A stretch of 64,000 bases of DNA from a virus (taxonomy: Duplodnaviria; Caudoviricetes), in the IMG/VR virus record IMGVR_UViG_3300020079_000007, positions 1-64,000 of that record; one strand, 5' to 3'. Every line of letters starts with the position of its first letter. The stretch's first letter is position 1. The notes below the pieces were generated by a model, which worked only from the letters and a program-made list of their open reading frames with translations, was not told the origin of the DNA and made no database searches. This document shows positions 55,830-64,000 of this stretch, one piece after another. Position numbers and translations under genes: made by a program.

Positions 55830-58395
55830 TGATTGACTCCTCTATCGATTTGATAAGAGCTCTTAAATTAACAGGCTTGCTTATCAATAATTTTATGTAT
55901 AAATATCCTTCATCAACAATTGGGTCTTTACCAAAAGTAACCCATCTTCTTTCTTGTGTACTTCTGAACAAATCAAGACCATTGAAAATTTCTCTGTTGG
56001 ACCAATGTCCAAAACCTGCATAAGGGATATTACAATTTACCCAACGAGAAAGAACATTTGAAGGCGCAACTGATGCATAAATTTCAATACCTTTTAATGT
56101 TCCGTTTTTATTTACTGGGTAAGACTTTTCTTCGTCATCAACAATGTCCATAAAGAAGTTGTTCATTCTAGGACAAGGGAATCTTAATGTTATTGTTTGT
56201 GTTGCAGGCTTATCACTGTAATCAGGCCCAATGCCAAATTGTGTATAATCAGTTTTACCAATAATTGCATTATGATCCTTTACCTGTGCCTCATCAAAAG
56301 GAAGCTCATCAGTAGGCACATATTTTTGAACTGCTTCAATAACGCCATCCTCAGGCGCATAAGGAGAAAGACCTACATAACGATATTCTTCTTCATCAGA
56401 GTAATCTATATTGATAAAGTCAGTTTCTTGTTCGATTGTTATACTTCTTGTAAGGCTTTTTACTTCTGCAACAAGTTTAATCTTTCCAAAGAAGTCGTCC
56501 ATTGAGATTTCTTTTGTATCATAAATAAGTTGGCCATTGCTTAATTCATAAGCTTCACAAGGGATACTGTAACCTGCATCAACTATGATTGGGTCGACAG
56601 GAGCATACTTATTTTTGAAGTTCTTTACAATAAGTCTGAAAGCAATATCAATATCACCCTTAGATGCTTTTACGCCTGACACATAATTGTTATATGTAGG
56701 CTGCTTTACAATTTCAATTCTTCCTGAAGGCTCAAAATCATTATACACATTTACATAAACGGTATTTGATTTCCAGAAAATGTCTGGGTTATTTGCGTCT
56801 CTTTGAATAAAGTAAATCTTGTGAGTGCCTTCTGCAGCATCAGTTTCATAATCAAAAGAAAAACCTTTATAATAACCGTGAAATGATTTAAACTTAGGGT
56901 ATGCTTCTCCAAAGTATGTTACATTGAAGTTGCCTCTTTTACCTTCTCCAAAAGATGTGTTCTCATCATCATAACAATTTAATGTTTCTACAAGGTTGTC
57001 ATCAATGTAAGCTTCAACACGGCAGCCGTTATAAAATACGATACCATCAGTTCCTACAAGTATTTTATTTGAAGCATAAGATTTCTTTAATGATGTAACA
57101 TCAAGAACCTCGATTTCTTCAGCTTTATTTTTAATATCAATTAAGTCAAGGCATTCAGGCTCTGTAGGCTCGATTGTCCCAACTCTGTCGTCTATGTTAT
57201 CAATTGCATCTTTATAATCTTTTAAGAGTTGGTTAAATGCAATCAATACTTCGCCAACAGTCAATGACGACATCATAACCGCGCCGCTGTTGAAGTCTTG
57301 ATTATCATTTGACTTATGAAGTCTTTGATTAGTTGCCCAAACATCAGCAATCTCTGGGTTAAGATCAGTGATGTCAGCCATCTTATGCTGATGCTTTTGA
57401 ACATTTGTTGCGATTGCTTCAAGTTGTCCGTTCTTATTGATAATAATTGTTTCTTCATCAATAAGATTGCTTAAGTTCTGAACTAAAGTTTGATAAAGAG
57501 ATACATTGTTGATAATGTTCTTTACAAATTCTTCAAGGTCTTTTATCTGTGAAGCAGTGTGTTGGTGATTTGCACAATCGCCGCCTTCGCCATTTAAGTA
57601 ATCTGAAAGTATGTCTGGGTTAACACACAAACGACCTTCTCTATCGAATCCCAATGAGTTTTCATCAATGTCAACAGAAATAACTGAGCCACCTTTTGTA
57701 ACCTCAACTTTAATGCCATCGCCTGGGATAGGCTTTATTTTTATAATTGACTCTTCAACTGTGTTAAGTCTGTTTTTTAATTGTGTAATCTCTGATGTGA
57801 TTGCAGACAAATCAACATTGATTGTTCCACTACCTGAGCTGCTTCCGCCTTCTTCACCTTCAGGAAATCCTACTGCACAAAGTTGTCCAAATTCATTGAT
57901 GCTGATTGTTTCTTCATCAAGTTTTAAGTTTGCAGATATTTTTCCTGTAGCTTGGTCAAACTTGAATTGAATTGGGTTGAGTGTATTATTTGTAAAGATT
58001 GTGCTGAGTTGTTTAGCAATCAGCTTGTTAAGATTGTCGTCAGTTATTGCTTCGAGTTTTTTGTAAACTTCTTGAGGCAAATCTTCATACTCAATGTCGC
58101 CTCCTGCAACTATATTTCCTGCATTATCAAGTCGAACTTTTGTGTACCAACCTGCATCTGGGACATTTGTATGTTTATCAGGATTGAAGCAAACTATACC
58201 GTCAGTGATACGCCAATAAGAGCGTTCTGAAAGAGTACCTCTTGACTCACAAATATAAACAAGCCAATGATCTTTTGTATATGTGGCACCGTTAAGCGCT
58301 CCGCTCTCTGTTATATAATATGCGGCAAAATCTAAATCTGTAACTGAAGGTAAGACACCTAAAGCAGGCGACCAAACACCATAGAAAGTATTCAT
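55816..58395 (-). CDS. Putative tail fibre protein
   Basis: HQHTASQIKDL/HQHKMADITDL repeats, D..TI.IN..GQL shaft repeats, class III motif. Confidence 0.7.
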   Translation of the reverse strand: MNTFYGVWSPALGVLPSVTDLDFAAYYITESGALNGATYTKDHWLVYICESRGTLSERSYWRITDGIVCFNPDKHTNVPDAGWYTKVRLDNAGNIVAGGDIEYEDLPQEVYKKLEAITDDNLNKLIAKQLSTIFTNNTLNPIQFKFDQATGKISANLKLDEETISINEFGQLCAVGFPEGEEGGSSSGSGTINVDLSAITSEITQLKNRLNTVEESIIKIKPIPGDGIKVEVTKGGSVISVDIDENSLGFDREGRLCVNPDILSDYLNGEGGDCANHQHTASQIKDLEEFVKNIINNVSLYQTLVQNLSNLIDEETIIINKNGQLEAIATNVQKHQHKMADITDLNPEIADVWATNQRLHKSNDNQDFNSGAVMMSSLTVGEVLIAFNQLLKDYKDAIDNIDDRVGTIEPTEPECLDLIDIKNKAEEIEVLDVTSLKKSYASNKILVGTDGIVFYNGCRVEAYIDDNLVETLNCYDDENTSFGEGKRGNFNVTYFGEAYPKFKSFHGYYKGFSFDYETDAAEGTHKIYFIQRDANNPDIFWKSNTVYVNVYNDFEPSGRIEIVKQPTYNNYVSGVKASKGDIDIAFRLIVKNFKNKYAPVDPIIVDAGYSIPCEAYELSNGQLIYDTKEISMDDFFGKIKLVAEVKSLTRSITIEQETDFINIDYSDEEEYRYVGLSPYAPEDGVIEAVQKYVPTDELPFDEAQVKDHNAIIGKTDYTQFGIGPDYSDKPATQTITLRFPCPRMNNFFMDIVDDEEKSYPVNKNGTLKGIEIYASVAPSNVLSRWVNCNIPYAGFGHWSNREIFNGLDLFRSTQERRWVTFGKDPIVDEGYLYIKLLISKPVNLRALIKSIEESINERR

Positions 58396-58420
58396 ATAAA
58401 ATTAGTCGCCTGCTTTAAGT

Positions 58421-58918
58421 TTATTTGATTTTGAAATTTCTTGAAACGTAACGAACTGTTACCTGTGGATTGTGATAAGCCTTAAGTTCCTTAACCATAT
58501 TTGTAAATCTTTCAAACTGACTGTCGATTACTTCAGCAGGGACATTGCTGCGGTCAAGGCCATTTTCAATATCGTCAGCAACGCGGTCTGCACAAAGCTG
58601 TTTATCGAAAGCGTCTTCCATAACAAAAGCTACAATGTCATTATGTGGAAAGCGTCTTGTAAGTTCTTTGATTGAATCTATATGCAAGTTTGTGTTTGAA
58701 AGAAATACATTAAAGCCGCCTGCAAGTTCAGCAACCATACGATTATCAGCAATCTTAAAAACTTTGTCGTTCTGTGACTGGTCTGAAACATTACCAAGCT
58801 CTTTTCTTATATTATCAAGATTGATTTCTGTAGCCTGAACGCCTTTTAAAAAGAAATCAGCAAACTTTGATTTTCCTGAACCTGAGATGCCCACTGTCAA
58901 ATAAATTATAGGTCCCAC
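58421..58918 (-). CDS. Polynucleotide-kinase-like P-loop kinase (AAA_33)
   Basis: VGISGSGKS, NLDNIRKEL, NTN, R...R.VP.EVI..Q. Confidence 0.78.
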   Translation of the reverse strand: MGPIIYLTVGISGSGKSKFADFFLKGVQATEINLDNIRKELGNVSDQSQNDKVFKIADNRMVAELAGGFNVFLSNTNLHIDSIKELTRRFPHNDIVAFVMEDAFDKQLCADRVADDIENGLDRSNVPAEVIDSQFERFTNMVKELKAYHNPQVTVRYVSRNFKIK

Positions 58919-59202
58919 TTTAAATCCTCCAATAATTTAGCAGCATATTTCAAAAATGCAAAAGGAAACTCTTTTTCATCAAAAAGAGCCCAGCCCTTAA
59001 TGTAATCTTCCAAAACAATGTTTCCCTTTTCATCTTTTTTGTAAAGAAGATTACCCAGAAAGTCAACAGTTGCAAAAGTTCTATCGGGATATGCTTTTAT
59101 AACATAAATTTGGTCAAAGTCGGTAAGATCATAATTTACAACATTACCTCTGTGCCAATCGACTTCTGTGTAAAATCTTATTTTATTCTTCTTTTCTTCC
59201 AT
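58906..59202 (-). CDS. Hypothetical protein
   Basis: Start MEEKKN chosen to minimise overlap. Confidence 0.6.
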   Translation of the reverse strand: MEEKKNKIRFYTEVDWHRGNVVNYDLTDFDQIYVIKAYPDRTFATVDFLGNLLYKKDEKGNIVLEDYIKGWALFDEKEFPFAFLKYAAKLLEDLKWDL

Positions 59203-59515
59203 AACCCGCCTGTGCCATTTTCTGTTTGTCAAAAACTGATTTACCATACCAAGACTCTTCTTTCCAAGTAATAAGATTGAAGTTCTTATGGTAATCATCC
59301 CAAACAAACACAAGGTAATTCCATTCATCTTGTGCAACATTGATTGAACCATCTGTGTTAAAATATGCAACCAAAGGATTTTTCAATAATGCTTTGATGT
59401 CAACATTGCCGTGGTCGCGTAAGCGTTCTGCGGCGTGTTTTGAGATATGAAAATTGTCAGCAATCTCCTGTCTTTCGGCAGGAGTCAGCTCTTCACCTCT
59501 GTACTTAATCTGCAT
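59183..59515 (-). CDS. Hypothetical protein (SKHAAERLR motif, possible RNase-like fold)
   Basis: MQIKY start, coupled. Confidence 0.6.
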   Translation of the reverse strand: MQIKYRGEELTPAERQEIADNFHISKHAAERLRDHGNVDIKALLKNPLVAYFNTDGSINVAQDEWNYLVFVWDDYHKNFNLITWKEESWYGKSVFDKQKMAQAGYGRKEE

Positions 59516-59894
59516 CAACTTCCTTCCAAGCTTTGTAAATCTTGGGTCCCTGACGAGCAAACCAATCAACCATTTCCTCGTTTGTTGCCCAAGCATCAGC
59601 GGGATTTGAACTTTCGTCAAGCCCACTTTCCATCAAAAAAGCGTGGACAATTTCGTGCCTAACAACACGGCGCATATCAGTGTACTGATCTTTCAAAGAA
59701 AAGTCCAAGTTGCCAATTGTGGCCACTTTAGGGTTTTCAACAACAATCTCACGAGCAGGAGCGTTGGCATAACCTTTTGCTTCTTCGAAAGCAGGATCTT
59801 CATTTCGGTAAATGATTTTCCATTCACTTCCTAGAATGTTCAACTTTCTGACGATTTCGCCGTTTTCCATTTCAGCTGTTTTCTTCTTAGGCAT
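59505..59894 (-). CDS. Zincin-like HExxH phage protein
   Basis: RHEIVHAFLMESG...NEEMVDW. Confidence 0.75.
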   Translation of the reverse strand: MPKKKTAEMENGEIVRKLNILGSEWKIIYRNEDPAFEEAKGYANAPAREIVVENPKVATIGNLDFSLKDQYTDMRRVVRHEIVHAFLMESGLDESSNPADAWATNEEMVDWFARQGPKIYKAWKEVDAD

Positions 59895-59896
59895 TC

Positions 59897-60100
59897 TTAG
59901 TCCACCTTCTTTCCAGTTATTAACTTTCTGGCTTCTGTAGCAATCGTTTTAGCTTCGATTGAAGAAAAATTTTCTTCAGGAACGAATTGTTTCAAAACTG
60001 ATTTCAAAGCAGCACGAAGCTTTTCGTTTTCTTCGTGCTGCTTCATCCAATGTTTCTTATAATAATTGATAACGTTTTCGTTATTAACCTTTTTAGACAT
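59897..60100 (-). CDS. Hypothetical protein
   Basis: MSKKV start with SD AGGAG. Confidence 0.6.
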   Translation of the reverse strand: MSKKVNNENVINYYKKHWMKQHEENEKLRAALKSVLKQFVPEENFSSIEAKTIATEARKLITGKKVD

Positions 60101-60279
60101 ATTCAACGTCTCCTCTTTCGATTGCTTCACGGATGTAATCTTCAGTTTTTGCAGCTTCATCAAAGTCTTCTGGGAGACCATAATAAGCGCCTTTTTCAGG
60201 AACATATACAAGCCCAAAAGCTTCAAGACCTACTTTCTCTTCTGCAAAAACATACATACCTTTCAACATAATCTTCCTC

Positions 60280-60555
60280 CTATTTTACTGTTATTCTATC
60301 CCACTTTGCAATGGACCCAGGGACCTTTGCCCATTCTTTACAAAAAGTCTTAAACTCTGTTGTTTCATCAGTTGTGAATTCATCAACAACCCGACTTTTC
60401 CAAAGAAGACTTCCATCGGGGCTGTAAACCACATACTGAACTTTGTCATTTTGGTGTTCAGCTCTTAAGACTGCCAAGGAAATTCCTTTTATAACAGCAT
60501 CAACAATTGCAATCACACCAATCACTGCAAGAATATATACAAGAGCCATTACCAA
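60280..60555 (-). CDS. Hypothetical protein with N-terminal TM segment
   Basis: 91 aa. Confidence 0.65.
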   Translation of the reverse strand: MVMALVYILAVIGVIAIVDAVIKGISLAVLRAEHQNDKVQYVVYSPDGSLLWKSRVVDEFTTDETTEFKTFCKEWAKVPGSIAKWDRITVK

Positions 60556-60911
60556 ACCTCTTCTTCAACGTTGTCGTGGAACTCAGCACCGAGTTCAACA
60601 TAAGCCTGCATTACTTTCTGAACCTTTTCGTAAGGTCCTGCAGGGATGAACCAATCCTGTCCGTAGTCGATATAAAGGCCGACTTCCTTAGGATCTTCAG
60701 GATTGCGGGCTTCGTGAATTCCGTTTCTAAGGAGTGTATCAACATACCACCCAGGAGTCATCTGAACCCAAGTTGTTCCGTTTTTACGGGTCTGTCTTTC
60801 AAGAAGATGGGCTGTAGGCGCGCAAGGTTTATTCTGCCAATCTGTTTCAAAGATTGCAACTCCCCATTTTTCATCCACAAACTTAACTGCCTTAGCCTTC
60901 TTTATATCCAT
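60549..60911 (-). CDS. Hypothetical early protein
   Basis: SD AGGAGG; class I promoter. Confidence 0.75.
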   Translation of the reverse strand: MDIKKAKAVKFVDEKWGVAIFETDWQNKPCAPTAHLLERQTRKNGTTWVQMTPGWYVDTLLRNGIHEARNPEDPKEVGLYIDYGQDWFIPAGPYEKVQKVMQAYVELGAEFHDNVEEEVW

Positions 60912-61020
60912 AAGTCCCTCCTTTTATCGAACTGACAATAATAATATAAAGAAGTCGGTTAAGAAGTTTAATTTTTCACTAAATTTTCATTAAAGTTAAT
61001 ATATTTTTAGAGGTTATTTT

Positions 61021-61317
61021 ATGGGTAGAAAAGCCAAGTTGATACGAGTAAACTTTACTCCTGCTGAAAACGTCGCTGCATTTATTGTAGCTTTTGTTGA
61101 TAATGAAAAAGAAGGATTTAAGAAAATTGTCAAAGAAGCTTATTCTAATTGGTCAACTGACAATAACATCAACTGGGAAGAAAAACAGCTTAAGGTTGTA
61201 ACTGAGCTTTCTTCTTATTCATTTGTTGCAAATGTCGATCTTGATGAGAAGTATTCTGACTGGGAAGACTTTTATATCCTTCATTTCCAAAAAACATCTG
61301 ATTATAGGGTCCGTTAA
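61021..61317 (+). CDS. Hypothetical protein
   Basis: 98 aa; SD GAGG; class II motif. Confidence 0.7.
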   Translation: MGRKAKLIRVNFTPAENVAAFIVAFVDNEKEGFKKIVKEAYSNWSTDNNINWEEKQLKVVTELSSYSFVANVDLDEKYSDWEDFYILHFQKTSDYRVR

Positions 61318-61326
61318 TATTTATTT

Positions 61327-63420
61327 ATGCTAATACTTAAGTCTCTTCATCTTGAACATTTTATGTGTATCACTGAGGCCGATTTAAATTTTGATGCAAA
61401 CTGCATTATTATTGAAGGTGATAACGGTCAGGGAAAATCGGCAGTTATGGAAGCGATTGCAATTTGTCTTTCAGAAAGAAAACGCTCCGACTCTGTAAAA
61501 GAGTTTATTCAAAAGCCACACGACCACGCAAAAATTATTCTTGATTTAATTTATAACGACGAACAAATACTCTTTGATGTAAATCTTAATCATAAAGGCG
61601 GAACACCTCTTGAAAGAGATGTGTTATATAAAGATAAGCATTATATTAACTCTGAAGTAACTGATCTTATTAAAGAACTCGACTTTACATTTTATTCAGA
61701 CATTATTATGCAAATGCAAGGACAAGATGATATTGCAACAATGACACCTGTTATGCGTCTTAACTTATTGCAGCGTCTTTTCCAATTTGATTTTACTGAA
61801 GAGATTGGGCCTATTCAAGAAAAGCTTGAAGAGTTTGTAAAAAACAAAACTTTGGATATTGATAAGATTGACTTCTTGGAGAAAGCAAATAAACAAAAAG
61901 ACTCAACTTTGAAAACATTGAAAGAAAAAGACTTTTCTTTTTCAAAAGAAGATTACGATAATTATAAAAATGAACTTGATGATAAAAAAGCTCAGGTTGA
62001 AAAGTTGAGCAATGACTTGGATAAAACATTTGAAATCTTACAAAAGAAAACAGACATCCAAGGAATGATTGACACAATTGAAAATCAGCAAGCAGACATT
62101 GCACAAAAACTTCTTGACAATAAGAAAGCTGCTGAAGCATTAAAGAAGGCCGACTATCCAACACAGATTTCTTCTTTAGGAACTGGCGAAACAGATGCTA
62201 TGATGAAGAAAGCTGCTGCCGAAGATATTATTAAAGCCAAGAAAAACGCAATCGCTCAATTGGAAACTTCAATCTCAAGTATCAATGTTCAGATAGGCGA
62301 ACTTAATGCTGCAAAAAAGAATTGTGACCATAAGCTTGAATTGGCAAAGAAAGGCATTTGTCCTGAGTGTGGAAAGCCTACTGATGATATTGATGATGTA
62401 AAGATTATCAAAGAAAAAGAAGAATACGATGATAAGATTGGCGATGAAATTGAAAAGAAAGACAATCTTATTATTGAAATGAATAAGTATAAAGATGAGG
62501 TTGCAGCCCAGCGTAAGGAAATATCTGTTCTTGAAGCAAACATCTCAAGATTTGATACTGAAGCAAAAATGTTGGAGCAGCAAGAAGCTGCTGAAAAAGC
62601 AAAACTTATTCCTGAAGAAAAGATTAAAGAGTTTGAGGATAAGCTTAAAGAACTTGATGAAAAGGCAAAACCATTATATGATTTAATACACGACTATGAT
62701 GACCAATTGAGTGACAGAAACAAAAAGACACTTGAGAAGTCGAAGTTGAAAACTGAAATCGCCGACCTTGAGAAAAAGATTAAAGACTCTGATGAAATTG
62801 CAGACCATAACAAAGTCGTTGAGCTTCAGAGAATGTCAATCAAAAATGAGATACTTGAAAATGAAAAGAACATTGAAGTTTTCAGAAACTTGATTTCAGA
62901 TATTGATTTGAATGTTCAAACTTACAATGAAGTATTAAGAGTTCTTGATAAAGAATTGCCTAATTACCTTGTAGTTAAGACTTGTGCAAAGCTTGAAGCT
63001 GAAATGAATAACTTCGTAAACATTGTATTCCCAAACTTCCGTTTGAGATTGTTGCAATCAAGACGAGGTGTTGAGTTCTTTTACACAACTGACCCAAATG
63101 TTGATATGACTGATATAAAGAAACTTATCAATTCAAAAATGGCTTCAGGTTATGAAAAGTCAGTTCTTGGTCTTGCTTTTAAGGTTGCATTGTGTAAAGC
63201 TTACAATCTTTCATTTATTGCTCTTGATGAAATTGATGCTGCTGCATCTGAAGGTAATTCCGTTCTTACAATGGAATCTTTGATAAGTTCAAACATCTTC
63301 AATCAGATTTTCTTTATTACACATAAAGAAGCAACTCGTGACATCATCAAGTCATTAAGTAGTTCAGTTATATGTTATCATACTGAAAAAGGTGTATTCA
63401 CAAATGAAGACGCAGATTAA
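61327..63420 (+). CDS. SbcC/Rad50-like (T4 gp46-like) recombination ATPase
   Basis: GDNGQGKS, coiled coils with CPEC zinc hook, signature ASGYEK, LDEID, ITH. Confidence 0.92.
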   Translation: MLILKSLHLEHFMCITEADLNFDANCIIIEGDNGQGKSAVMEAIAICLSERKRSDSVKEFIQKPHDHAKIILDLIYNDEQILFDVNLNHKGGTPLERDVLYKDKHYINSEVTDLIKELDFTFYSDIIMQMQGQDDIATMTPVMRLNLLQRLFQFDFTEEIGPIQEKLEEFVKNKTLDIDKIDFLEKANKQKDSTLKTLKEKDFSFSKEDYDNYKNELDDKKAQVEKLSNDLDKTFEILQKKTDIQGMIDTIENQQADIAQKLLDNKKAAEALKKADYPTQISSLGTGETDAMMKKAAAEDIIKAKKNAIAQLETSISSINVQIGELNAAKKNCDHKLELAKKGICPECGKPTDDIDDVKIIKEKEEYDDKIGDEIEKKDNLIIEMNKYKDEVAAQRKEISVLEANISRFDTEAKMLEQQEAAEKAKLIPEEKIKEFEDKLKELDEKAKPLYDLIHDYDDQLSDRNKKTLEKSKLKTEIADLEKKIKDSDEIADHNKVVELQRMSIKNEILENEKNIEVFRNLISDIDLNVQTYNEVLRVLDKELPNYLVVKTCAKLEAEMNNFVNIVFPNFRLRLLQSRRGVEFFYTTDPNVDMTDIKKLINSKMASGYEKSVLGLAFKVALCKAYNLSFIALDEIDAAASEGNSVLTMESLISSNIFNQIFFITHKEATRDIIKSLSSSVICYHTEKGVFTNEDAD

Positions 63421-63784
63421 ATTGTGGTTTAAATTTAACAAGTACTCTTTTATCGAACTAGGCTGGTCTCTTGGGTCATTAGTTTGTGATATACTTATCG
63501 CCCATCATTGGTGGAGTAATTTGTTTACTCCACTTCATATTGTGTGGTGGGTTATCGCTGTGCCTTGGACATTGTTTGGACTTTATCGAGCTTTTGAGTC
63601 TTTCAGATCTTACAAGTATCGTATTGATGATTACTTAAAAGTAACTGAAATGTTCCAAAGATATGGCGTTAAGAAGAGCGTATTATACAACTTACAGCAA
63701 ATACCTTGCTCCGCAACTGTTGCAGAGCAACTTATAAAAGATTGGGATGTAAAGGACGTTAAACTTTACACAGATGATTTATAA
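63392..63784 (+). CDS. Hypothetical membrane protein
   Basis: Two hydrophobic segments. Confidence 0.65.
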   Translation: MYSQMKTQIKLWFKFNKYSFIELGWSLGSLVCDILIAHHWWSNLFTPLHIVWWVIAVPWTLFGLYRAFESFRSYKYRIDDYLKVTEMFQRYGVKKSVLYNLQQIPCSATVAEQLIKDWDVKDVKLYTDDL

Positions 63785-64000
63785 TCCTGAGAATGCTTTT
63801 GTCATATCGTTCCAAGCATTACCTACATCAGTGCCTGCATTGTTTACGCTCTTAACATAAGCTTCACCACGATCTTTTGCCCACTTTTCTGCTCTTTTCA
63901 TTGGCGTTTGTTTTCCCATAGCATAATCAATTGCAGCATCAATAAACATACCCATTTGTGATGTTACCCAAGTGCCTGCATCATCATAAGTATCAAGTTT
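63779..64000 (-). CDS. 3' end of a CDS truncated by the window edge
   Basis: Open frame KLDTYDDAG...KAFSGL* whose stop overlaps the convergent gene end at TTATAA. Confidence 0.6.
   Translation of the reverse strand, partial: KLDTYDDAGTWVTSQMGMFIDAAIDYAMGKQTPMKRAEKWAKDRGEAYVKSVNNAGTDVGNAWNDMTKAFSGL

Noticed and set aside
1-64000. Alternative genetic code (stop codon reassignment)
   Set aside because: Long conserved genes are uninterrupted in the standard code, and TAA, TAG and TGA all end genes at sensible positions

Overview
AT-rich, densely coding window, mostly on the - strand, from a large lytic T4-like/jumbo-type phage. A gut or rumen anaerobe or spirochaete host is plausible but unproven. 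It encodes replication and recombination genes (DnaB-like helicase and loader, gp32-like SSB, SbcC/gp46, DinG, resolvase, a stand-alone PolA motif-A fragment). It also encodes nucleotide and DNA-modification enzymes (ThyX, T4 gp42-like dCMP hydroxymethylase, dCMP deaminase, C5- and N-methyltransferases), virion genes (protease-scaffold fusion, large tail/fibre proteins), a sigma factor, three homing endonucleases and three IS200/IS605 (TnpA/TnpB) insertions. A translation-maintenance set comprises a CCA-adding enzyme, a PNK-like kinase and a tmRNA. The best candidate for an undescribed system is a ~410-nt structured non-coding region downstream of the tmRNA (32881-33300). It has four units of GUUU-hairpin-UGGY-GG whose linkers are complementary to tRNA/tmRNA NCCA 3' ends, and it ends in a mutually exclusive terminator/antiterminator pair. 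Other notable points: three promoter classes readable from sequence, an HNH insertion that appears to have rebuilt its target methyltransferase with a second N-terminus, a basic tmRNA tag, and an apparently split DNA polymerase. All family assignments come from motif recognition by eye; no database searches were run.
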